Origin: Salpingoeca rosetta
Lineage: Eukaryota; Protista; Choanoflagellata
DNA length: 64,000 nucleotides
Reading direction: 5' to 3'
Assembly: GCA_033442325.1 (NCBI GenBank)
Contig: JAWQFM010000028.1
Location: 310,370-374,369, forward strand
The stretch's first letter is position 1. Each line of letters begins with the position of its first letter. Below are positions 48,026 to 64,000 of the stretch, one piece after another. Made by a program: the position numbers and the translations under genes. The notes under the pieces were generated by a model that worked only from the letters and a program-made list of their open reading frames with translations, was not told the origin of the DNA and searched no databases.

Positions 48026-49923
48026 GCACTCACACACACACATTCGCACTCACACTCGCACTCACACTCGCACACACACACACAGTCGCACTCACACTCG
48101 CACTCACACTCGCACACACACACACAGTCGCACTCACACACACACACAATCGCACTCACACTCGCACACGTATGCACAAGTGCAGACGCACACACAATCG
48201 CACTCACACTCGCACACGTATGCACAAGTGCAGACGCACACACAATCGCACTCACACTCGCACACGTATGCACAAGTGCAGACGCACACACAATCGCACT
48301 CACACTCGCACACGTATGCACAAGTGCAGACGCCAGCGCAAGCAGGTGCAGCGACTCACAATGGAGCGGGAGAGGAACTCGTGGACGTTCAGTTGCATCG
48401 GATACGAAACCTTGTGTCGCAGCTTCGACCCAAAGTGGCTGCAGCACAACACAGGAAAAGGCACGCAGGATTGTACACGAACACGGGCATGTAAGCAAAC
48501 ATGCAAACACAGCTGCATTGCATTCTCGTCCATTGGTCCCATTCATTCTTCGGACAATCGTACACTTGGCCATCACCACCACAACTCCACGTCAACAATC
48601 ACAGACGCTTCAACTACCGTCACCGCAGGAGCCCCTCGAACAACCACCATCGCCATCATCATCGTTCCTGCAACCTCATGAAGCTGAAGCGCTTGAGTTG
48701 GATACAGAGGACGTTTGGCAGGCGGTGGATGGTCAGCTGCTTGGTCGCTGGCACTTTGTTCTTGCACCTAGCATGCACACACCACAGAGTGGACGACAGA
48801 GTATGGCAGACAGTTCACACACACACGCACACACACAGTGTCGAGGGAGAGGGTGAGAGTGGGGGTGGTGTCAGTCAGGAGGATCACACAGCAAGGTTGG
48901 ATACAGCTGCAGCACATTGGACTTGCGTGCACAAAAGATCCTCATGTGCGAATGCAAACACACACACGCGCACACACACACACACGCGCGCGCACACACA
49001 CGCGCGCGCGCACACACAAACACAGACCAACTGCAAACAGCTGCGAATTTACCCGCTGCAGCTGTAGGAGTTTGTTTTGAAGAGCAGCTCTTTGGTCACA
49101 AACTGCTGCAGCGCTCGCGTCAACTGCAGAAAGAACAGGGGTAACAACCGTCAGCACCATTTGAACACAGCAACGCCCGAGTCATATGCAAACATTAACA
49201 CACATACACATGTACACACATTCACACATTCACACATGCACATGTACAATCACGCACATACGCACACATAGACACACACACAGACACACACACACGCACA
49301 TGCACATGCACATGCACATGCACATGCAAAGGTGTGTACCGAGTTTGCGGCCTTGATGTCGATGCTGAGATCGAAAAACGATTCAAAGGTGTTTGAGCAG
49401 TGCTTGCACCGCACACACTGGATCTGAGAGCGGAGGTACCCTGGTCACAACACGCACACACGTGCACACGTACGCATCAGGCGCAGATGTCGCGTCAAAT
49501 GTAATGTCAGGTGTTCGCCCAGTCACACGTGCATGTACACTCACACTCACACACATGCCACGCACGCACACACACACACACATGCCACGCACGCACACAC
49601 GCACACACACACACACGCCACGCACGCACATCATGTTCACGATGACCACCATCATCAGCAGCACCACCACCACCAGGACTTGAGTCGCTCGTGCGCGTTG
49701 TGTGCACTCACCGCCAAAGATGTGGTGGAGGACAGTTGTTTCTTGCACACGCAGGTCAAGGCTGAGATGCGAAGCGGGGGGGGGGGTGTTGGACAGGGCG
49801 GCGGTGATAATGGTGATGACGTGTTGGTGTTCACAAGGAAATGATGAGCCAAAGTTCGCCAGGGCATCAAACGCAAGCGCCTATTCCCCCAATTGCAGGA
49901 GCTGCGCATGCCTCGCCCTGTCT

Positions 49924-50005
<82 letters not shown>

Positions 50006-50544
50006 CACACATGCACACACCATCCATCACGCTCACTTCTTGTAGTCGCCGAGCAGGGCCGTCTGCATGGCGTCGAGGAGGCAGATGAAGAACTCGTGTG
50101 CATCCTGCTGCTGGTAATGCCGGAACGCCTTGTTGATCTCTGCAACCACGCACGCATGTGATGAAAGTAGAGAGGCATGTGTGCACGCATTTGTGATCTC
50201 GTGCAACAGCTGTCTCGGCTTGCATTCGTGCATGCGCAATTACACACACTCACACGCACGAACGCATGCGCACGCACACATGCACGCACGCATGCATGCA
50301 CACGCACACGCGCTTCTGCAGCGTACGTCTGAGGTGGTTGATGATTCCCTTTGGGAGCACGGTGCGCTTTGGGCTAGTGAGGGAGCGGTGCACGTGCAGC
50401 TCAACAAGCTTCATCGCATCAAACCCGGGCTGCGGCGTGTGTGTGCGCTGGTACTGCCCAGCTGCAACACACAAGAATGAAACACGTGTGTGTATACGTT
50501 TGTACGCATGTGAGACAGTGAGAGACGGTGTGTGTGTGTGAATG

Positions 50545-50623
<79 letters not shown>

Positions 50624-51508
50624 ATGATGGAAAACGGGGGATGAGTATGTGTGTTGCCACAACGTGAACGAACAAGGTGAGATGCAAGAGAGAAGAAAAA
50701 AGCCAACGCTGCGGCAGTGGAGCGGCAGTGGTGACTCGTTGACCATGAATACTCGAGCAAAGATCGACAAAGCAAAGGACATGGCAAGCAAGGTGTGCTT
50801 ACACAGGCAGAAGTTGGCCAGAGCTGGGGTGTACGCGAGACACTGATGTGAGAGAACAGAGCGTTGCGTGTCGACGTGAGTTTCGGGGCAGAGCAGGTTG
50901 TGCAAGGAGACCAAGTGCAGACATGCCAAGTGCGACGGCGAGCGTTGCAGTGCACAACAAAGCCGGGGTATGGGTGCACCTGGAGCGTGGCATTGAGGAA
51001 GCACGTGTTGCCGAGGTTGCCAAGACCGGCGCCCATGGGCCGCGGCTTCTTCCATGTCACGCGGAGGGTGTTCTGTCGATTCAGCGAAGAGTTACAGTGA
51101 GCAGGCGCCATGGCCAGCACAGTCAAGACGCAACCACACATACACACATGTGGCATGCACAGGCTCACAAACACACACACACATGTACACTTATGACATG
51201 CATACACTCACACACATCGACACACATATAGTGACGCTTGCGTGTGTGTGTGAATATTGTCACGTCTCCTTGTGATGCGCTAGCACAAGCAATGCTGACC
51301 TGGTTGAAGAGCTGGCGCTTTGCCTCGACAAAGCCATCTTTGTCACGAAGGTGCACGTGGGAAGCACCTGCCGATCCGTTCTCTGCAGGTACGAACAACC
51401 GGGATGGCATTGCACACGTCCATCATAAGTCATGAGCCATGATGGAGACATGCAAGCAAAGCCATGATGGAGACAGGAAAAAACCCAGGCGGCATCCACA
51501 TATTCACG

Positions 51509-51596
<88 letters not shown>

Positions 51597-52101
51597 TGTT
51601 CCGTTCCATGGGTCGACATACCTGGACGTTTCACTGACAGGGTTCCGGTGAGGCCGCCGGTTGCTGCTTTGAGATCCTGTGCAGGCTCAAACTGGATGCG
51701 CTTGTTCCACACGTTATCGTGTGCGCGAATGTTCTACAAGTGGGGGGAGAGAGAGAGAGAGAGGACAGAGAGAGAGAGACACACACACACACACAGAGAG
51801 AGAGACAGAGAGAGACAGAGAGAGAGATGGATGCAACCGGGCAACGACAAGCATGTTGAGCAGAACGGTGGCACTTGAAATGCAGATCGTACCCACCACA
51901 GCACCCACCACAGCACACATCACACACCACACACCACAGCACCCACGCACAGCACCCACGCACAACCAGCGGGGCAGCCAGGAGGTAGCTCACTGGCACA
52001 CTGACCGCGTCAATCATCGCGGTCACATCCCTCTTGGGACCATGATGTTTGTTGTGCTTGTTGTGCTTGTTGTGCTTGAACTTGTTCCTGTTCTTCCCCA
52101 T
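42664..52101 (-). CDS. USP36: Ubiquitin carboxyl-terminal hydrolase USP36/USP42 family (nucleolar DUB)
   Basis: Cys box GAGLGNLGNTCFLNATLQ|CLAYTPALANF (Cys codon 51001-51003); QQQDAHEF; YELYGVLVHLGATLSSGHYIAYVRAANGMWY. Long acidic tail and a C-terminal FDE|EMDRGRVKKVR basic motif like that of USP36. Stop at 42664. Confidence 0.9.
48151..48335. repeat. 48-bp minisatellite, about 4 copies, in a USP36 intron
   Basis: Unit CGCACTCACACTCGCACACGTATGCACAAGTGCAGACGCACACACAAT starts at 48151, 48199, 48247 and 48295 (last copy partial). Confidence 0.9.
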
Positions 52102-52432
52102 GGCTTACGGTTGATGGGCAATGGGGGGGGGGGGCAGGATCAAACGGTGCAGGAGAAGAGAAGGATCCAAGGAGTGCTGGGGAAGTGGACGCGATGGAAG
52201 CGAAAGAGGTCTGGTTGGTGGGTGAAGGTGTGTGTTTGCAGGCGAACAACGTGCTTTCCCCCTCGCTTCCCTTCCTTCTCTCTCACAGCAAAAAGGCAGC
52301 TTTGACTTTGCTTGTGGAAGCCAAAGGCAAACTTGCGTGTGGTGGTGACCTAGGAATAGGCCGGCCCATACGGTGCATTTGAAAGCACCTCCAACCAACC
52401 CAACAGCAAGCAAGCAAGCAACAAGGAAGACA

Positions 52433-53915
<1,483 letters not shown>

Positions 53916-54704
53916 AGGCAACTCTCGCCCACCGTGGCTGTGACGCGTTGGTGATGTCGGAATGACACGTTACACGCGTGCGTGTGCACCGCTCACAGCA
54001 CTCCTCCTGTTGCCCCTCCTTGCTTTACCACACGTTGAAATGTGACATGCGCGCTCTGCGCGTGCTCACCTGCAGTTCTTCCCCGCGCCCCTCGCAGGCC
54101 AACGTTACGCTGCCTGCCTGCTTGCTTACTTGGCGCCTTTCCCCTTCTTGTTATCTTCCCTCATCCCTTCCCGATTATCTGCTTCATCCGCTCCCCCCTC
54201 TTTCTCGCCTCTTTGTTTGCTTCCACATCCCCCCCCCCCCCGACGACCACCACACTAAACGCACTGACTGGCCTGACGTGATGTGACGTGCGCTGGGCGA
54301 AGGAAGAAACGAATGCATATTGCCTTGTGTACTCATTAGAGACAACTTGGTGCAGTAACAGGCAACAGCATGACGCAGCAGCAGTGTCAGGCGGGAGGAT
54401 ATGTAACGTAACCAGCAACAGAGCACGGGCGACGGAAAAGAGATATGGGGGAGGGGTGGAGGAATTGAATGTGGCAGCAAGAAGCACACAAAAGAAGGAG
54501 CATTGACGGCAGAGGGGTGACGAGGCAGAGAGAGCGGGGGGGGGGAGAGACAGACAGAGAGACAGACAGAGAGACAGAGACAGACAGAGAGGGGTGGGGG
54601 GAGGGGGGAGGGTCACGCACACAGCACACACACACACACACATGCACACACACACACACACACATGCACACACACACACATACATGCACACGCACACGAC
54701 ATGC

Positions 54705-54989
54705 TCAAGAGCAAATGAGGCCGGCTGGAATGCAGCGATAGTCCTGGAACACCACATCAAACCGACAGGTGTCGGTGTGGTTGCAGCAGTTGCCCCATTC
54801 TTGCACCGTGCTTGGGATGCACGTTTGTGAGCACGCCTTGGCCACGCAATCGCTCCCGGGCCCAGTGGCCATTTGTGTGTGTAGCACCAGCTTCGCAGTG
54901 ACAGGCGCCGCCGTGGTGGCAACTGCCGTCACCAGCACCGTCGCCGCCAGTGCCATCAGCACAGCAATCGCAACACACCGCCACTGCAT
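54705..54989 (-). CDS. Intronless secreted 94-aa cysteine-rich (knottin-like) peptide precursor
   Basis: ATG 54989; signal MQWRCVAIAVLMALAATVLVTAVA; C-terminal 8-Cys module C-x4-C-x3-C-x10-CC-x5-C-x10-C-x6-C; TGA at 54705. Confidence 0.7.
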   Translation of the reverse strand: MQWRCVAIAVLMALAATVLVTAVATTAAPVTAKLVLHTQMATGPGSDCVAKACSQTCIPSTVQEWGNCCNHTDTCRFDVVFQDYRCIPAGLICS

Positions 54990-55550
54990 CTCTAGCTTGC
55001 TTTTGCTTCTTGCTTCTTGCTGCTTTGCTTGTTTCTTTGCTTCTTCCTCCAGAAAAAAAACTGCCCAGTGCCAGTGGAACAACACCGCGCACGGCCGAAG
55101 GACCGTTAAACAAAAGCAAACAACCTCCTCCTCCCCCCCCCCCCCCAAAAAAAAAAAAAACCTAACACGCCTCAACCCTTCAACCTGCTGCAAAAGTGCA
55201 AACATGCTTGCTCTCTTCTGATTGCAAGGATTCCTACTCAGCCAATTCAGCAGCTTTGTTCCTTTGTTCCTTCCATCTACCTCCTGTGCCCTGTGCCCTG
55301 TGCCCAAGAACAGGCCTTTACTCTTTTGACTTCTTTGACTGACAAGCAAGTGAAGAGAACATGGCTTGAACGCACACGCCTCATACAAAGAACAACAACA
55401 CAGGCAAGAAAGCAACACACCACAGCACGCCACTTTCACTTTCACTTTCACTTTCACTTTCACCCTCTCATCCACTCTCGCTTTCAACTCCCTGACTCCG
55501 TCTGTGTCCTGCATTTTGAACGGTGCCGGTTGGCTCGCCCAGGGCGCAGC

Positions 55551-57905
55551 CTAACCCGCTGCTTCTCGGCTCCTTGCCGTGTGCTGTCCGCCAGCATCTT
55601 GGCTATCGTGCTGCTGCTGCTGCGGCTGCTGCGGCAACTCGCTCAGCACCGGCACTTGGCCCTCCTTGGTTCGCGTGTTGACGAGGCAGTTGCTGAGGTT
55701 GAGGTCCCGCACACCCTTCACGTCGCCGAGAACCACATGGAGGTTGATCATCGTCAGCGTCTCCAAGTTGATGCCAAGGCGGGACGACACATCCCACACA
55801 CCGCCGAAAGCGCCGCCAAACAGCAAGGCGGCTTGGCTGCCGAGTAGCTTCATGCACGAGGAGTCCGTGTTGTGCACATGTAGATGGCTTGGCGTCCACA
55901 CGCTGTGGGACAGGGGCTCGAGCATGGCTGCAGGGGCCTCCAGCTCCACACGCACTGCCTGCGGCATGTACGCCGGGCCCGTTGCCTCGTAATCCTTGGC
56001 AACAAACACCTCCACGTGGGGCATGGTCTCCAGCCAACTGGCGCCAGGCAGGTTGCGCAGTGTGAGCTTACGCAGGCTGGACCGGAGCTCCGTGATGCCC
56101 TTGACGGGCCATTTTGCAGTAAAACCACGCGCCTCCAGGGTTGTCGTGCCACCAAGGTGAGCCATGTTGGACAAGCTCAACTCAGGCACGCCGGCAATGG
56201 GCCTGAAGTCTGTCACGGCGGTGTTGTTCAGCACCACGGAAACACCAACGCACATGGTGGGCAGGCCTTCAAACTGCGGGCAGTTGGCGACGTGAAGCCG
56301 CTGCAGGCGTGGTCCAGCCTCAAGCCTCTTGAGGTGTGGGCAGTTGCGGAACACCAGCTGTGTTGCAGCGTGGAACTTTGGAATCACGGCATCCTGCTTC
56401 AAGTCCTCAACGTGAAGGCTGGTCACCCACGTCAGTGAGGTGAGCCGAGTGACGAAGGAGCAATCGAGAAGCTGCACGTGATGGGCGTGGCACAACCCCT
56501 GCAACGTGTTGTCGTTGACGGGCGAGCGGAAGATCATCGACACCGTGCTCCCGCCGCCGTCTGCGTGCACGTGTGCTTCGCGCAGCTGGGCGAGGGTGCT
56601 GGCAACGCCGGTGAGCGCGTGGGTGGCGATCGGCGGCTGCGGGCAGTCGTGGAGGATCAGTGTGCGGACCCGCTTGAAGTCTGCAATGCGCTGGAGGCGC
56701 GGAGATTGCATCACGTGCACGCTGTCGATGCTGTGCAGCCCCTTGAGCTGCTCGCACTGGCTGAGGTACAGGAAGAGGCTTGACACATGGCACAGGCTGT
56801 GCACGCATGTGGCCGCCGTTCTCACAGTGAGGCTAGCCAGAGGCGGCAGATTCAGCACACCCGTCCGCTGTTCCAGCAGGGACACCAGCGCAGCTAGAGT
56901 GTGCTCATCAAAGGGGGCCTCCAGAGACACGAGGTTGCACACTGCCACGTTGCACAGTGCTTCAGTCGTGTCGACGTCGCACAAGATTGCCGAGATTTGA
57001 CAAGCAGATGCGCTTCTCAAAGCGGCAGCGTTGGCCATCACCGCGCGCTGCTGTCGGGCTGGCACGACGACGGGTGAAGTAGTGGCTGATGTTCTCGTAT
57101 GGGCAGAGGGGGCATCGTGCTGCGCCTGTGCGACGCTGCTGCTGCTGCTGCTGTTGTGGTCACCAGCTGACGATAAGGGGGGCAGATCGACTGTTGTTGC
57201 GCCACGATCAATGGTGTTTGGGCTTGTTGAAGGATGACCCTGCTGTTGCTGTTGCTGTAGCTGTTGCTGTAGCTGTTGTCGTTGCTGCTGCTGTTGCTGT
57301 TGTCGTTGCTGTTGCCGTTGCTGCTGCTGTTGCTGTTGGTCTGCCTCTTCAACAAAGTGGAGGCGATGCGCGCGAAGGTGTGTCGATTCAATCTGGTACA
57401 CGCTGCCCTTGAGGTACAGGTTCACGGTGGTGGCGCAGCGCGTGTCATGCACGATGGCGTCCATGTCGACGGTGGTCGGGTCCCACCACGCGCCGAGGCG
57501 AGAGTACAAGAAGAACAAGGGCCGGTTCCAGCCAACATTCTGCAGCAGTGACGACGATTCACCTTGATCTTGGTTCTGCTGTGCCTGCTCCGATGCAGGC
57601 GGCACCCCATTAGATTTCCGGAATCGCAATGGCCGGTTCCATTGCAAAGCCACCGCGTGCGTGGTCGGCTGGAGAAACAGGTGCATGGGGAGTCGAAGCG
57701 GCAGCTCGAGCAGGAGCGCACGGCACGTGAACATGACACGAAGCGCCGACTTGAAGTCTTCGGGGCCCATGGTGGCCAGGATCAGGGACCACAGGTAGCT
57801 GACAGAAGTGGCGCCAACTTGGAGGGGCTGGGCAGCAGGCATGTTTGTGTCGACCGCGCCCATGGCACACAGAGAAGCTGCGGCTGCGGATGGATAAGCA
57901 GCCAT
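55551..57905 (-). CDS. Intronless leucine-rich-repeat protein with a putative degenerate N-terminal F-box
   Basis: Single ORF of about 784 aa from ATG 57905. F-box-like LWSLILATMGPEDFKSALRVMFTCRALL; poly-Q linker; LRR units such as VRTLILHDCPQ, LQRLHVANCPQFEGL, NTAVTDFRPIAGVPELSLSN and LGDVKGVRDLNLSNC. Confidence 0.75.
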   Translation of the reverse strand: MAAYPSAAAASLCAMGAVDTNMPAAQPLQVGATSVSYLWSLILATMGPEDFKSALRVMFTCRALLLELPLRLPMHLFLQPTTHAVALQWNRPLRFRKSNGVPPASEQAQQNQDQGESSSLLQNVGWNRPLFFLYSRLGAWWDPTTVDMDAIVHDTRCATTVNLYLKGSVYQIESTHLRAHRLHFVEEADQQQQQQQRQQQRQQQQQQQRQQLQQQLQQQQQQGHPSTSPNTIDRGATTVDLPPLSSAGDHNSSSSSSVAQAQHDAPSAHTRTSATTSPVVVPARQQRAVMANAAALRSASACQISAILCDVDTTEALCNVAVCNLVSLEAPFDEHTLAALVSLLEQRTGVLNLPPLASLTVRTAATCVHSLCHVSSLFLYLSQCEQLKGLHSIDSVHVMQSPRLQRIADFKRVRTLILHDCPQPPIATHALTGVASTLAQLREAHVHADGGGSTVSMIFRSPVNDNTLQGLCHAHHVQLLDCSFVTRLTSLTWVTSLHVEDLKQDAVIPKFHAATQLVFRNCPHLKRLEAGPRLQRLHVANCPQFEGLPTMCVGVSVVLNNTAVTDFRPIAGVPELSLSNMAHLGGTTTLEARGFTAKWPVKGITELRSSLRKLTLRNLPGASWLETMPHVEVFVAKDYEATGPAYMPQAVRVELEAPAAMLEPLSHSVWTPSHLHVHNTDSSCMKLLGSQAALLFGGAFGGVWDVSSRLGINLETLTMINLHVVLGDVKGVRDLNLSNCLVNTRTKEGQVPVLSELPQQPQQQQHDSQDAGGQHTARSREAAG

Positions 57906-58519
57906 GGCTGGAGAGGAGGTGATGGAGGGTGATGGAGGGTGATGTGACGTGATTGTCAGGGAAGAAAGCAAAGAGTGCGGGCGTGTTTGTGGCTGCGGGG
58001 AATGAGAGGGCTTTGGGGTGGGAGGGTGCGAGAACAGCCTGCTGCTGAGCACAGAGTAAATGACCACCCTGAAGGTGGCCGTGCTTCGGAGTTGTTGCTG
58101 CCGTTGTTCATGGTGAGTTGGCACGTTATGGATACGCCTTCAGGTCTCGAGCAGTTGTCGAGCGTCAGACCAAGACAGACCAAGCCTAACAACGCTGCAC
58201 AGCGCTTGCACAGCGCTGTGGCGCCAAAACAAACGCGGGTTGCTGTTGTGGCAACAAGCCGTCTGCATGCATCTTTCGTTCGTTGCTGCATTGTGAGACT
58301 GTGTGTTTGTGTGCTGCTCCTGCTTCTGCACGGGGTCGTGTCCGGGACTTGTCGAGAGGCAGTGCTGCGAAGAAGTGCTGCGAAGAGGTGGTTCAGCAAA
58401 GAAAAGTGCAGCAAAGACAATACAAGAATACACAGCTCCACAGTGCCACAGCCTCGAGCCCTCTGCCTTGAAGGTCGTCCACAACCAACCGAATTTCTGC
58501 GAAAGATCGAGGACCAAAG

Positions 58520-62717
<4,198 letters not shown>

Positions 62718-63201
62718 TGGCATGCTCTGATGCCCACACAACAGCATACGGACGTGACGCGCTCGACTTGGAGGCGCTGAGACATTTGTTACTTTGCTGT
62801 CTTACGCCTGACGTTGTGAAGCATGCAACGAGACTGATTTTGTGATTGCGCCACCCTGAGCATGCGTGCATGTGTACGTGTCTCTTTCGTTCCCCGCATG
62901 CGCACGATGTGCCATTGTCAAACCGCCTCCTGTCATGTTTTGCAGCTCATTAAAGCTCCACCAAGCGTGGCTGTTGTGAAACCTCCAACAGGCAAACGCA
63001 AGATTGCACCTCTTGTCTCTCGTCACCACCGCTCACATGTCAAGTTCGCAACAGAACGCGGTAAATGATGTCTATTCATGATTGCAGCCGGGGACGCACA
63101 CATGCACACATGCAGCCACCCAACACATCACCACCACCACCACCACACAGCATCACCAGGGCGAAGCAAGCATGCACAGAGCACCGGGACCTGTGAGCGC
63201 G

Positions 63202-63446
63202 TCACGCCATGGAGGAGGCAGCGTTGACGAGTTCTTGGAAGGCGCCGTGCAGGCTGCGGTGCAGGTCGGCATACGTGACGACGATGATGTTCTTGCCATC
63301 CTGGCTCATGAGACACACGCGCTCTGGCGACGCTGCGTCGAGTTTTGCCAGGCACTGCACGACGTGCGCTAGGTCAAGGAACGGCTCGCCCTCCTTGGTC
63401 ACCTGGAGGAAGAGGGGGGGGGCGCGGGAGGCGAGAGTGAGCAGGG

Positions 63447-63529
<83 letters not shown>

Positions 63530-63561
63530 TGTGGTGAGATTGAGTTGGCTGCTGCTGCTGC

Positions 63562-63610
<49 letters not shown>

Positions 63611-63964
63611 GCACCACGATCAGATCAAGCGCAACGGCGCCAGGGGTAATTGAAGGGGCAGAACGAATGTCAAGAACCTGGTGGAAGACGTAGTGTTTGA
63701 AGAGCTTGAGCATGTACCGTTCGCCACCCTGCAGTGCCGCGTGTGCGATGGAGAGGCGACCGCATATATTGACGATGAGAGGAGTTGGGAGTAGAGGTGG
63801 GGGGGGGGGAGAGAAGGACGTCAGGGGATAGGTTGGAGGAGGAAGACGTGTGAATGGTTGTTGTTTAATCACACACATAGACACAGCCGCAGACGCAGAC
63901 AGAGAGACGCGCGCTGGCTGCTGACCTCGCGGAAGCGCGGGTCCTTTGTTGGGCGATCGGTTAC
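63202..63964 (-). CDS. PAN3: PAN2-PAN3 deadenylase subunit PAN3, last three exons (gene continues beyond the window)
   Basis: Exons 63964-63926, 63728-63678 and 63402-63202: VTDRPTKDPRFRE|GGERYMLKLFKHYVFHQ|VTKEGEPFLDLAHVVQCLAKLDAASPERVCLMSQDGKNIIVVTYADL..FQEL, matching the PAN3 C-terminal knob domain. Confidence 0.9.
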
Positions 63965-64000
63965 CTGCCGGTATTGTGTTTGTGTGAGAGTGTGTGTGGT

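Noticed and set aside
48151-48335. Regular 48-bp repeats as a possible CRISPR array
   Set aside because: The units are contiguous with no unique spacers, there are no cas genes, and the array lies in a eukaryotic intron.

Overview
This is a gene-dense, GC-rich eukaryotic window with short GT-AG introns packed with (GT)n/(CA)n and other microsatellites. That style, plus the animal-like gene content, suggests a choanoflagellate such as Salpingoeca rosetta (inference, not verified). Manual exon stitching supports 13 genes, in order: (1) 3' end of a probable extracellular Cys-rich protein (+); (2) a scaffold with about 8 PDZ domains (+); (3) an intronless secreted bacterial-type SBBP beta-propeller with a cubilin-N-like leader (-); (4) ANKLE2/LEM4 with a LEM domain (+); (5) DHX36/RHAU G-quadruplex helicase with a candidate mitochondrial presequence exon (-); (6) a small ubiquitin-like orphan (+); (7) a CLIP-170-like CAP-Gly protein (-); (8) USP36/42 deubiquitinase (-); (9) a stand-alone secreted MRH-like lectin (+); (10) an intronless secreted 8-Cys knottin-like peptide (-); (11) an intronless F-box-like/LRR protein (-); (12) an intron-rich PL38/alginate-lyase-like polysaccharide lyase (+); (13) the 3' end of PAN3 (-). 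The best leads are a polarised GT(5')/CA(3') intron architecture with acceptors lacking pyrimidine tracts, a possible dual-targeted DHX36, and a 52-63 kb block of secreted glycan- or microbe-interaction genes. I saw no CRISPR array, rRNA, tRNA or recognisable transposon. All exon boundaries and family calls were made by eye without database searches. Most ORFs in the supplied track are microsatellite artefacts.
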